DNA from: Microcystis aeruginosa NIES-843
GTDB lineage: Bacteria; Cyanobacteriota; Cyanobacteriia; Cyanobacteriales; Microcystaceae
Direction of reading: 5' to 3'
Length of the DNA: 32,000 nt
NCBI RefSeq assembly: GCF_000010625.1
Contig: NC_010296.1
Span: 2,430,001 to 2,462,000 of the forward strand
Part shown: one piece after another, positions 6,854 to 16,162 of the stretch
Layout: the number at the start of each line of letters is the position of its first letter
Numbering within the stretch: position 1 is the first letter of the stretch
The notes under the pieces: generated by a model
Told to the model about the DNA's origin: nothing
Database searches by the model: none
The model's input: only the letters and a program-made list of their open reading frames with translations
Made by a program: the position numbers and the translations under genes

Positions 6854-8275
6854 GGCTCTTCGTTACCCTTTATGCTAAATCAACATACAAGATGCCAAGA
6901 TAACATACTTCTAACCCAAAAATTCCGAAAGTTTCTAAAGCCATAGCCTCTCCGTTTTATTAGTTTAAGTTTATTGTTGATTCCCTCGACCACCCCATTC
7001 GTTGTCCTTCGCTCGAAATAACTAATGATTTCTCCAAACCAGTTTCGGATTGTTTGACAACTCTTGGTAAAAACACTGGAGGATTTTGCCAACCATTCCG
7101 AGATGGATAGCAGTCCCTCTGTCGGATTCTCTGAGGTTTCATAAATCTTTCTGAATTCTTCCTTTAATTTCTGCATCTTTTTCAAATTTGGGAATTTTTC
7201 TTTGATAGCTTCTAGTTTAATTTTTTGGGGTTCCGTTAAATCTTCTTCATTTTTTAACAGGCTATATTTACTTCGCTTTAAAACTTCTAGCTTCGCTTCT
7301 TTTTCCGCTTTCTGTTTTTTATTTTTCTGCGCTTCTACGGCTCTTTTTTCCGCTCTTCTCTGTTCGTCTAACTCTTGATTAATTTGTTTCATGACATGGA
7401 ATCTATCGGCGACTACCTCGGCCGATGGCATCAATTCTTTCACCAAATTTTTATAGGGCAACCAAAGGTCTATGCTCACTTCTTCAATTTGCTCTAACAC
7501 CTCTTTTCCCCACCCAGTAAGCGTTTCCCTCAACTCTTCTTGTGTTCGCTTCTCTAGAATAGCTATTAGTTTTCCCGTATCTAAATTTACTAAAACCGCA
7601 CAGTAATTTTTTTGTCCTTTGACTAGAGCGATTTCATCAATTCCTAGCCTTTTTAATTTCGATAAATCTGGCTCTGTAATTTCTTCGGCGATGTCCTCTA
7701 CCATTCTTTGAATCTCTTCTTCCGTTACGTTATTTCTTCGGCTAACATTTAAAATATCTCCTTCTTTTAATTGTTCGAGTATATTCTCGGCTAGTCTTTT
7801 CGTATAGGTTCGTTTCTTGGCGACAAAATCTAACTCTTCGCTAAAGGGTCTCTGACAATTACCGCACTTAAATTGACGACGATTAACCTGTAGGTACACT
7901 GGTTGTCCTGAGATTGGTAAATCTTTGACTAAATGTCGATGATTTTGGTGGAGTTTATCGCTCTCTAACCCACAACGAGGACAGGTTGCTTTTTGATTTT
8001 TAGATTCGATTCGGCAAACTATACCGATATTTTCTAGGTGTAGATAGCCTTGAATACAGGTTCCTTTTAGGTTCAAAAATTTGTCAAGTATCATAAGTAA
8101 AATAATCTCGTTTTTGGCTATTATATCAAATCTTAACTCAATTGTCTATCTTTTGGTATTAACCTGTTTGTGCCTTAAGTCCTTCCCTGTATGGATTTCA
8201 GCTACTTTTGAGCGTAGGCGCTCTCATCGAATTTTATTTTAAGTTAATTATTTGCATAACAATTCCCGAAGAGCC
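6854..8275 (-). mobile_element. ISL3-family IS (1422 bp) nested in IS1380 copy A
   Basis: The IRs are GGCTCTTCGTTACCCTTTATGC / GCATAACAATTCCCGAAGAGCC. The 8-bp TSD is ATAGGGAC (6846-6853 and 8276-8283). The uninterrupted target sequence is visible in IS1380 copy B. Confidence 0.9.
6880..8094 (-). CDS. ISL3-family transposase, 404 aa
   Basis: It has an N-terminal zinc-finger (CPRCG...CGNC), the DRFHV motif, and the C-terminal TNGVVEGINNKLKLIKRRGYGFRNFRNF signature. Confidence 0.9.
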   Translation of the reverse strand: MILDKFLNLKGTCIQGYLHLENIGIVCRIESKNQKATCPRCGLESDKLHQNHRHLVKDLPISGQPVYLQVNRRQFKCGNCQRPFSEELDFVAKKRTYTKRLAENILEQLKEGDILNVSRRNNVTEEEIQRMVEDIAEEITEPDLSKLKRLGIDEIALVKGQKNYCAVLVNLDTGKLIAILEKRTQEELRETLTGWGKEVLEQIEEVSIDLWLPYKNLVKELMPSAEVVADRFHVMKQINQELDEQRRAEKRAVEAQKNKKQKAEKEAKLEVLKRSKYSLLKNEEDLTEPQKIKLEAIKEKFPNLKKMQKLKEEFRKIYETSENPTEGLLSISEWLAKSSSVFTKSCQTIRNWFGEIISYFERRTTNGVVEGINNKLKLIKRRGYGFRNFRNFWVRSMLSWHLVC

Positions 8276-9703
8276 ATAGGGACAAGAACTGGCAATTGCG
8301 ATTAAAATTCTTCTGACACTAACAGTAATTCTAGCTCCTAATTTAAGGAAATTAAGGCGAATTGTTCCCACTGTCGCTTTGGCAAAAGAAGTTTTAGCCA
8401 AACAATTTTGACGAAAAGCTTGCATTAAAACATAAGCCATTGATGACAACCAAAGTCTTAATTGATTACTCTCAAATGTCTGTGTCGAATTCCGGTCAGC
8501 AAATAAGTCTAATTGTTGCTCTTTAATTCGATTTGACCTCTCACCTCTGGGGCAATATTTTTCAGTGTAAAGTTTAGATGGGGGAATCTTTGATGCAGGT
8601 AAAGAAGTCACAACGTGGCGAATTTTTACGCCCTCACTACCAGGACAAACTTTTGTCACCACTCTTCTTGAACGGCTCCAGGATTTTTGGGTTTGATAAC
8701 ATAGGGAACGATACCAAGTCGATTCTGGTACCAATTTCGCCAATTCTCCTAACTCTTCATCGGGAGAAAATAACGTCTCCATTAATTCAGTAACTGGCTG
8801 AAGTCTTTGCTCGTAATCTGCCTTAGCTTTCTCAATTACATCGGTCGCTCGTAATTTTAATTGACTATTCGTTGCCATTGCTAAAACATAATCAACTCCT
8901 GCTTGACTTTCGCAAAATTTCATGATATCTTCACGGGAATAGGCACTATCTCCTCGTACTAATATCTGCGTATCTGACCATTTTTCTCGAATTATACCGA
9001 TTATTCGCTGCAATTCTTCTAATGCTCCCCCAGCAGTATCTACATGAGAAGACCGGAGTTTAGCTACTAATAAATGATGCTCACAGAAAATATACAAAGG
9101 AGCATAACACACTCCTTTATAATAAGTATTGAAAAACGCTCCCTCTTGATTTCCATGCACTTGGTCATCGGTGACATCCATGTCTAAAATAATTGGTTTC
9201 GGTGGCTTTTTGTAGGATTCTAGAAAGATGTCCACAAAAGCTTTTTCAATTTCTTTGGGGTTAGGCTCGATTTTATGGTAACGACTGTTCTCTTGATTGA
9301 TGACTGTTTCCGGACAATATTCTAGTCGATTAATTGTACTTTTTCCCGCTAAATTTGCTTGGGCTGAGTCAATAAAATTTAGTTTTTTCAATGCTATTGC
9401 TAAAGCTGGAGCATGACGTAATTTATCATGATCATTGACATCCTCATATCCCAAAACTATCCCATAAACTCTTTGTGCGAGTAGTTCATGAACTGAATAA
9501 TCTAGATAGGATGAATTTCGATAATCTCGAAAACATTCGGCAAACCGAGCCGTTATTTTTAGCTTTTGGTCTAACTCTGCCATCAAAATAATTCCTGCAT
9601 CTGAGGTGATTTTTCCTCCCTCAAAATTAGCGATTACTTGTCTTCCATTGAGGTTTCCAAAATTTAATTGATTGAGTCGAGACTGGTCTGAACTAGGAGT
9701 CAT
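8234..9703 (-). pseudogene. IS1380-family transposase, copy A. The last 16 codons are displaced by the ISL3 insertion.
   Basis: It is identical to the 494-aa ORF at 10692-12176 through ...IAIASSCPY, then reads into the ISL3 end. The displaced 3' end is recognisable at 6793-6853. Confidence 0.85.
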
Positions 9704-9973
9704 AAACTTGACATACTTTAAATAGTTTTAATGATTAAATTATAGCAAGCTTTTGACTTCATTCTCTACTTAAAATTGAGACTTTATCAACTAATTAACC
9801 TAAAAATACGCATTTTAAATTTGTTCTTTTTTCAAGGTCTAATTGATGATGAGCTTAAGTTGAATCCTAACAACACACTGTCGTTTTTGCTACAAGGCGA
9901 TCACCCAGTCAAAACCCAGATTTTGTAAGGCTTCGGGGGTTGGTGATCGTACTTTTTGTGAGAAATGCGGGCC

Positions 9974-10022
9974 TAAGTAGTCGTGCAAAATTAATTTCCT
10001 AGTCGAGACAGGAGACTCCGAT
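9974..10022. mobile_element. MITE-B, partial (left about 50 bp only)
   Basis: TAAGTAGTCGTGCAAAATTAATTTCCTAGTCGAGACAGGAGACTCCGA matches the left end of the other MITE-B copies and then diverges. Confidence 0.55.
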
Positions 10023-10032
10023 TATGAGTCTA

Positions 10033-10073
10033 AGTGCGATGCCGAAGGCACTGCGTAGCAGTACGCCGCTCTT
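10033..10073. repeat. REP-like palindromic element, copy 3
   Basis: GTGCGATGCCGAAGGCACTGCGTAGCAGTACGCC matches the copies at 1611-1657 and 4285-4324. Confidence 0.55.
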
Positions 10074-10119
10074 GTGGGCCCAGTTGAGGAATGTTAGCGA
10101 AGATTGCCAATGTTTAGGT

Positions 10120-10364
10120 TAGGGTTTGCTGAAAAAGTTTGTTGGTGGGGTTAGGAGTCAGTAGCCGGTCGTCAGGAGTCGGTCGTCGGTCGTCGGGAGT
10201 TTCAGGCTTTGTTACCCTCTCTTATTGTACCAGCTTATGTACTACAATAAGGATAATGCAAGGTTTTTGAAGGTCTCAATCCGATTTTCGCAGCACTAAC
10301 ATCGGATTTTAACAGGTCAAAAGCCTTATTTTAAAAGGGTTTTACCATTATTCAGCAACCCCTA
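10120..10364. mobile_element. MITE-C, copy a (about 245 bp)
   Basis: It has the same TIRs as MITE-A (TAGGGTTTGCTGAAAAAGTT ... TTATTCAGCAACCCCTA) but a different interior, including a (GGTCGTC)-type heptamer array. A second copy is at 15825-16059. Confidence 0.75.
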
Positions 10365-10423
10365 GTTTAAAAGATCTCTTGCATAAGTCTAGACAAAATA
10401 GGATAAAATAGTCCAAGAGTTAA

Positions 10424-12411
10424 CCCGCATTTCTCACAAAAAGTACGATCACCAACCCCCGAAGCCTTACAAAATCTGGGTTTTGACTGGGTGATCGCCT
10501 TGTAGCAAAAACGACAGTGTGTTGTTAGGATTCAACTTAAGCTCATCATCAATTAGACCTTGAAAAAAGAACAAATTTAAAATGCGTATTTTTAGGTTAA
10601 TTAGTTGATAAAGTCTCAATTTTAAGTAGAGAATGAAGTCAAAAGCTTGCTATAATTTAATCATTAAAACTATTTAAAGTATGTCAAGTTTATGACTCCT
10701 AGTTCAGACCAGTCTCGACTCAATCAATTAAATTTTGGAAACCTCAATGGAAGACAAGTAATCGCTAATTTTGAGGGAGGAAAAATCACCTCAGATGCAG
10801 GAATTATTTTGATGGCAGAGTTAGACCAAAAGCTAAAAATAACGGCTCGGTTTGCCGAATGTTTTCGAGATTATCGAAATTCATCCTATCTAGATTATTC
10901 AGTTCATGAACTACTCGCACAAAGAGTTTATGGGATAGTTTTGGGATATGAGGATGTCAATGATCATGATAAATTACGTCATGCTCCAGCTTTAGCAATA
11001 GCATTGAAAAAACTAAATTTTATTGACTCAGCCCAAGCAAATTTAGCGGGAAAAAGTACAATTAATCGACTAGAATATTGTCCGGAAACAGTCATCAATC
11101 AAGAGAACAGTCGTTACCATAAAATCGAGCCTAACCCCAAAGAAATTGAAAAAGCTTTTGTGGACATCTTTCTAGAATCCTACAAAAAGCCACCGAAACC
11201 AATTATTTTAGACATGGATGTCACCGATGACCAAGTGCATGGAAATCAAGAGGGAGCGTTTTTCAATACTTATTATAAAGGAGTGTGTTATGCTCCTTTG
11301 TATATTTTCTGTGAGCATCATTTATTAGTAGCTAAACTCCGGTCTTCTCATGTAGATACTGCTGGGGGAGCATTAGAAGAATTGCAGCGAATAATCGGTA
11401 TAATTCGAGAAAAATGGTCAGATACGCAGATATTAGTACGAGGAGATAGTGCCTATTCCCGTGAAGATATCATGAAATTTTGCGAAAGTCAAGCAGGAGT
11501 TGATTATGTTTTAGCAATGGCAACGAATAGTCAATTAAAATTACGAGCGACCGATGTAATTGAGAAAGCTAAGGCAGATTACGAGCAAAGACTTCAGCCA
11601 GTTACTGAATTAATGGAGACGTTATTTTCTCCCGATGAAGAGTTAGGAGAATTGGCGAAATTGGTACCAGAATCGACTTGGTATCGTTCCCTATGTTATC
11701 AAACCCAAAAATCCTGGAGCCGTTCAAGAAGAGTGGTGACAAAAGTTTGTCCTGGTAGTGAGGGCGTAAAAATTCGCCACGTTGTGACTTCTTTACCTGC
11801 ATCAAAGATTCCCCCATCTAAACTTTACACTGAAAAATATTGCCCCAGAGGGGAGAGGTCAAATCGAATTAAAGAGCAACAATTAGACTTATTTGCTGAC
11901 CGGAATTCGACACAGACATTTGAGAGTAATCAATTAAGACTTTGGTTGTCATCAATGGCTTATGTTTTAATGCAAGCTTTTCGTCAAAATTGTTTGGCTA
12001 AAACTTCTTTTGCCAAAGCGACAGTGGGAACAATTCGCCTTAATTTCCTTAAATTAGGAGCTAGAATTACTGTTAGTGTCAGAAGAATTTTAATCGCAAT
12101 TGCCAGTTCTTGTCCCTATCAAGATATTTTAGCGATAGCTTACTCTAGAATTCAAGCGATAGCGGGAACTGGATAAGTTGAAGAGTTTTCAAAGATCATT
12201 AAATAGTCTTAAAAATGGCTGCTTATAAATTCAGCTAACTTTGTCGTGAACATTTTCCCTAATTGACGGAATTTTTCCAGTAATTCAGGAATTTTTTGAT
12301 TAGTTTAGTCAGATTATTCCTTGATAACTAAGCGGGTTTCTCTTATTTTTGAAAAACACCAACTTTTAACCTCCAAATTAGGTTCTTAATTCAGTTTGTG
12401 AGAAATGCGGG
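10424..12411 (+). mobile_element. IS1380-family IS, copy B (1988 bp, intact)
   Basis: The IR is CCCGCATTTCTCACAAA at both ends. The 4-bp TSD is TTAA (10420-10423 and 12412-12415). Confidence 0.9.
10692..12176 (+). CDS. IS1380-family DDE transposase, 494 aa
   Basis: The N-terminal region FEGGKITSDAGIILMAELD...ELLAQRVYGIVLGYEDVNDHDKLRHAP is characteristic of IS1380 transposases. Confidence 0.85.
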   Translation: MTPSSDQSRLNQLNFGNLNGRQVIANFEGGKITSDAGIILMAELDQKLKITARFAECFRDYRNSSYLDYSVHELLAQRVYGIVLGYEDVNDHDKLRHAPALAIALKKLNFIDSAQANLAGKSTINRLEYCPETVINQENSRYHKIEPNPKEIEKAFVDIFLESYKKPPKPIILDMDVTDDQVHGNQEGAFFNTYYKGVCYAPLYIFCEHHLLVAKLRSSHVDTAGGALEELQRIIGIIREKWSDTQILVRGDSAYSREDIMKFCESQAGVDYVLAMATNSQLKLRATDVIEKAKADYEQRLQPVTELMETLFSPDEELGELAKLVPESTWYRSLCYQTQKSWSRSRRVVTKVCPGSEGVKIRHVVTSLPASKIPPSKLYTEKYCPRGERSNRIKEQQLDLFADRNSTQTFESNQLRLWLSSMAYVLMQAFRQNCLAKTSFAKATVGTIRLNFLKLGARITVSVRRILIAIASSCPYQDILAIAYSRIQAIAGTG

Positions 12412-12424
12412 TTAAGATTGAAAG

Positions 12425-13291
12425 ATGAATTACGAACAAGTAAAAACTTTAAAGCCAACAGAGTTCAAACGCTTGTGTGGCGTGTATCCAGATACATTTA
12501 AGGATATGGTAACAGTCCTAAAGGCAGAAAAAGTTTGGCAAAAAAAGACAGGTAGACCTAGCAAATTGAGTAGGGAAGACCAACTACTAATAACATTAGA
12601 ATATTGGCGAGAATATCGCACCTATTTTCATCGGGGAAATAGTTGGGGTGTTAACGAATCAACGGCGTATAGAATTGTTAGGAAAGTAGAGAATATTCTC
12701 ATCAAATCAGGTCTGTTTAATCTACCCGGAAAAAAAGCCCTCTTAGAAAGTAATAGTGAAATAGAAGTAATAGTGGTGGATGTGTCAGAACAGGAGATAG
12801 AAAGACCCAAAAAAAAACAGAAATCATGCTATAGTGGCAAGCAGGGATACCACACATTAAAGTCGCAAGTCGTTGCCGATCTCGCGCAGCGAGCGCGTTG
12901 CGACCAAAAAAGCGAGCAGGTAATCTGTGTCCGTTGTGAGAAAGGAAGAGTCCATGATTTTCGACTGTGGAAAGAGAGCAAAATAAGGTTAAATAAGGAA
13001 ATAGAAATATTAGGGGATAAAGGCTATCAAGGAATTCAGAAGCTCCATCAAAACAGTCAAATTCCTCATAAAAAAAAGAAAAAAGAAAAACTAAGTAAAG
13101 AGCAAAAAAAAGCCAATCGTCAGTTATCACAACGGCGCATAGTTATAGAACATATTCATCGTCGTCTCAAAATATTTCGGATACTTTCATCAAGATACAG
13201 AAATCGCAGACGGCGATTTGGTCTGAGATTGAATTTGATTGCTGGTATCTACAATTACGAACTTCGTTACCGACAAAAGGATATATCTTGA
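12425..13291 (+). CDS. IS5-family (DDE_Tnp_4/Harbinger-like) transposase, 288 aa
   Basis: The motifs are an HTH (GRPSKLSREDQLLITLEYWREYRTY), VDVSEQEIERP, GDKGYQG, and RIVIEHIHRRLKIFRILSSRYRNRRRRF. It is roughly 50% identical by eye to the ORF at 18484-19377. Confidence 0.85.
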   Translation: MNYEQVKTLKPTEFKRLCGVYPDTFKDMVTVLKAEKVWQKKTGRPSKLSREDQLLITLEYWREYRTYFHRGNSWGVNESTAYRIVRKVENILIKSGLFNLPGKKALLESNSEIEVIVVDVSEQEIERPKKKQKSCYSGKQGYHTLKSQVVADLAQRARCDQKSEQVICVRCEKGRVHDFRLWKESKIRLNKEIEILGDKGYQGIQKLHQNSQIPHKKKKKEKLSKEQKKANRQLSQRRIVIEHIHRRLKIFRILSSRYRNRRRRFGLRLNLIAGIYNYELRYRQKDIS

Positions 13292-13328
13292 TTACTTTTG
13301 CAAGAGATCTAAAATAGAGGGGCAAAAG

Positions 13329-13622
13329 TTGCCACAGGGTCACGCGCCAAGGACAGTGCGACAACCTCTCTACAGCAAAGAAGAATTTGCCCGACGCAGC
13401 GATGAGATTTATGAGACTCAGGTACGTTCTCAAGTCGAGCAAGGTAATCATGGCAAGATTGTGGCAATCGCTCTCGAAACTGGAGACTTTGAAATTGACG
13501 CGAGTGAAATAGCCGCTTGTGATCGCCTTGAAGCTCGTCGCCCAGATGCCCCAATCTGGATGGTTCCTACTGGTTCTCGTCAAGTTCGTCGATTGGGCGG
13601 ACGCAGGAAAAGAGCCGTTTGA
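13329..13622 (+). CDS. Small conserved hypothetical protein (97 aa) of the type usually encoded just upstream of clan AA aspartic proteases in cyanobacteria
   Basis: PLYSKEEFARRSDEIYETQVRSQVEQGNHGKIVAIALETGDFEI... resembles that family, from memory. A TTG start at 13329 is preceded by GAGGGG. The ORF-track start at 13239 lies inside the IS5 element and is not credible. Confidence 0.5.
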   Translation: MPQGHAPRTVRQPLYSKEEFARRSDEIYETQVRSQVEQGNHGKIVAIALETGDFEIDASEIAACDRLEARRPDAPIWMVPTGSRQVRRLGGRRKRAV

Positions 13623-13780
13623 GACCTCTTTGACCCCATCTTGCTCCCAAAAATGAGCGAAGGATGAGTCCCATTAGAGGAAACTTTGCCCTTGTCAGTG
13701 CGTCTTTAGCCTCTAAGCAAACAAGTGTCACGCTTGCGATAGAATAGATCGGACTTAGCCTAAATGGGGTCAGGGAAAGA

Positions 13781-15682
13781 ATGTGCGGAATTGTTGGCTA
13801 TATCGGAACCCAAACAGCGATCGATATTCTCCTAGCTGGTTTGGAACGTTTAGAATATCGGGGTTATGATTCGGCAGGAATTGCCACAATTCTCGAAGGT
13901 GAATTACATCGAGTCCGCGCCCAGGGAAAACTCTACAATCTGCGGGAAAAATTAGAACAGGAAGTTAATCCCTCCCAAATTGGCATCGGTCACACCCGTT
14001 GGGCAACCCACGGCAAACCCGTAGAAAGTAATGCCCATCCCCACACCGATAATAGTCAACGGGTGGCAGTGGTACAGAATGGCATTGTCGAAAATTTTCA
14101 GGTATTAAGAACAGAATTAAAGGAGAAAGGCTGTATATTTGACTCGGAAACCGACACAGAAGTTATTCCCCATCTAATCGCCAGTTATCTACCCAAACCT
14201 ACCGATGAAGACTACTTGGGGGTGAGTCCTTTCCTCAAGGCAGTTTTAAGGGCAATTGAACGTTTAGAGGGGGCCTTTGCCCTAGGGGTGATTAGTCCCG
14301 ATTATCCCGATGAATTGATTGTCGTGCGGCAACACGCCCCTTTAATCATCGGTTTCGGTCAAGGGGAGTTTTTCTGTGCCTCCGATGTCAGTGCTTTGGT
14401 TCCCCATACCCGGGCGGTGCTGTCCCTGGATAATGGCGAAATCGCTCGGTTAACACCCTTGGGAGTAGAAATTTATAATTTTGAGGGCAAAAGAGTCCGT
14501 AAAAGCCCCAGAGTCCTCGATTGGAGTCCGACGACCGTAGAAAAACAGGGTTATCGTCACTTCATGCTCAAGGAAATCTACGAACAACCCGGAGTGGTAC
14601 GCGACTGTTTAGGAACCTATCTGCATCCCCATTGGACAGCACAAAATGAGGATAATGTCAACCCAATAAATATTAATTTTTCTGAAGAAATTTACGATAA
14701 TTTAGAACATATTCAGATTTTAGCCTGTGGAACCAGTTGGCACGCTAGTTTAGTCGGTAAATACTTGATTGAGCAGTTGGCAGGTATTCCCACCAGGGTA
14801 CAGTACGCCTCGGAATTTCGCTATGCACCCACGCCCCTGATGCCCAATACTCTAACTATCGGGGTGACGCAATCGGGGGAAACAGCCGATACTTTAGCGG
14901 CTTTGGAAACGGAAAAACAGCGTCGTTTAGGATTAGAAAAAAAATATCAGGCCCGGATTATCGGTATTACTAATCGCCCCGAAAGTACCCTAGCACAAAT
15001 GGTCGATCAGATTATTAATACCCAAGCAGGAATCGAGATCGGGGTGGCGGCAACTAAGAGTTTTACGGCACAATTATTGGGTTTTTATCTCTTAGCTTTG
15101 GATTTATCCTATCGTCGTCAAACTTTGTCTTTAGAGAGAATCGAGGAAATTATTAATGGAATGCGATCGCTGCCAAGGTCGATCGAAACTGTCTTAGAAA
15201 CACAGGAAAAAGCGATCGAAGAATTGGCCCATGAATTTAATGACACCCAAGACTTTATTTTCTTGGGACGGGGGATTAATTTCCCCATTGCCTTAGAAGG
15301 GGCCTTAAAACTCAAAGAAATCAGTTATATTCATGCGGAAGGCTATCCAGCCGGAGAAATGAAACACGGACCAATCGCGCTTTTAGATGCAAAAGTTCCC
15401 GTAGTAGCGATTGCTATGCCGGGGATAGTTTATGATAAGGTTCTCTCCAATGCACAGGAAGCAAAAGCAAGGGATGCGCGATTATTGGGAGTAGTTGCCG
15501 ACAGCGATACGGAAGCGCCAAAAGTCTTTAATGATTTGTTGTATGTGCCGGAAATTGAAGAACTATTATCGCCAATTCTAACAGTAATTCCCCTACAATT
15601 GCTCTCCTATCATATCGCAGCCCGTCGCGGTTTAGACGTGGATCAGCCGCGCAATTTAGCCAAAAGTGTCACAGTGGAGTAA
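13781..15682 (+). CDS. glmS: Glutamine--fructose-6-phosphate aminotransferase (isomerizing)
   Basis: It has the MCGIVGYIG N-terminal nucleophile, 633 aa, two SIS domains, and the C-terminal ...DQPRNLAKSVTVE. Confidence 0.97.
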   Translation: MCGIVGYIGTQTAIDILLAGLERLEYRGYDSAGIATILEGELHRVRAQGKLYNLREKLEQEVNPSQIGIGHTRWATHGKPVESNAHPHTDNSQRVAVVQNGIVENFQVLRTELKEKGCIFDSETDTEVIPHLIASYLPKPTDEDYLGVSPFLKAVLRAIERLEGAFALGVISPDYPDELIVVRQHAPLIIGFGQGEFFCASDVSALVPHTRAVLSLDNGEIARLTPLGVEIYNFEGKRVRKSPRVLDWSPTTVEKQGYRHFMLKEIYEQPGVVRDCLGTYLHPHWTAQNEDNVNPININFSEEIYDNLEHIQILACGTSWHASLVGKYLIEQLAGIPTRVQYASEFRYAPTPLMPNTLTIGVTQSGETADTLAALETEKQRRLGLEKKYQARIIGITNRPESTLAQMVDQIINTQAGIEIGVAATKSFTAQLLGFYLLALDLSYRRQTLSLERIEEIINGMRSLPRSIETVLETQEKAIEELAHEFNDTQDFIFLGRGINFPIALEGALKLKEISYIHAEGYPAGEMKHGPIALLDAKVPVVAIAMPGIVYDKVLSNAQEAKARDARLLGVVADSDTEAPKVFNDLLYVPEIEELLSPILTVIPLQLLSYHIAARRGLDVDQPRNLAKSVTVE

Positions 15683-15824
15683 AGTTCATCAGGTTGAAAG
15701 TGTGGTTCACAGGTCTATCTAAATTGGAGCAAGAGGACTCCCTTTACACCGCGAAGCGGTTGATGGCGAGAGTGTCATCCCTTCGGTAAAACCGAGGGTT
15801 AACTACAGAAACCAAAAACCTACC

Positions 15825-16059
15825 TAGGGTCTGCTGAAAAAGTTTTTCCTGGGGGTAGGAGTCGGTCGTCGGTCGTCGGTCGTCAGTAGCCGGTCGTTTC
15901 AGGCTTTGTTGCCCTTGTTTTTTGTACCAAGCGATGTACCACAAGAAGGATAATGCAAGGTTTTTGAAAGTCCCAATCCTATTTTCTTGCACTAACATCG
16001 GACTTGAACAGGTCAAAAGCCTTATTTTAAAAGGGTTTTACCATTATTCAGCAAGCCCT
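15825..16059. mobile_element. MITE-C, copy b
   Basis: TAGGGTCTGCTGAAAAAGTTTTTCCTGGGGG ... (GGTCGTC) x3 ... TTATTCAGCAAGCCCT is collinear with 10120-10364. Confidence 0.75.
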
Positions 16060-16162
16060 GCCTAAAGCTTTTTAAAGCTACTCATTTCTGTAGCTATACA
16101 ACTAAAATAAGTAACTTTGGCGACCGATAGATTTTAAGAACGTTATCAGGTATAATCAAGAC

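Larger units (their letters stand above)
6554..9971 (-). mobile_element. IS1380-family IS, copy A (1988 bp of its own sequence), interrupted by a nested ISL3 element
   Basis: The terminal IR is CCCGCATTTCTCACAAA at both ends, and it is flanked by a 5-bp direct repeat CCTAA (6549-6553 and 9972-9976). Outside the ISL3 insert it is the reverse complement of 10424-12411. Confidence 0.9.
10372..13310 (+). mobile_element. IS5-family IS, element 1 (about 947 bp of its own sequence), carrying IS1380 copy B in its 5' non-coding region
   Basis: The IRs are AGATCTCTTGCATAA (10372-) and TTTTGCAAGAGATCT (-13310). It is flanked by AAA on both sides. The left IR is separated from the transposase ATG by the IS1380 insertion. 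Confidence 0.8.

Noticed and set aside
8578-8793. 71-aa ORF antisense to the IS1380 transposase (and its twin at 11602-11817)
   Set aside because: It is an antisense shadow ORF within a well-supported transposase gene.
12430-13130. Minus-strand ORFs 12430-12621, 12628-12810 and 12717-13130
   Set aside because: They are antisense to the IS5-family transposase and have low-complexity translations.
13167-13583. Minus-strand ORFs 13167-13583 and 13309-13554, and the 13239 start of the plus-strand ORF
   Set aside because: The minus-strand ORFs are antisense to the conserved small gene. The 13239 start lies inside the IS5 element upstream of its right inverted repeat, so I moved the start to the TTG at 13329.
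13623-13780. glmS ribozyme/riboswitch upstream of glmS
   Set aside because: I saw no recognisable glmS ribozyme core. That element is characteristic of Gram-positive lineages rather than cyanobacteria.
15744-16016. 90-aa minus-strand ORF
   Set aside because: It reads straight through MITE-C, including its heptamer array (translated as DDRRPTTD).
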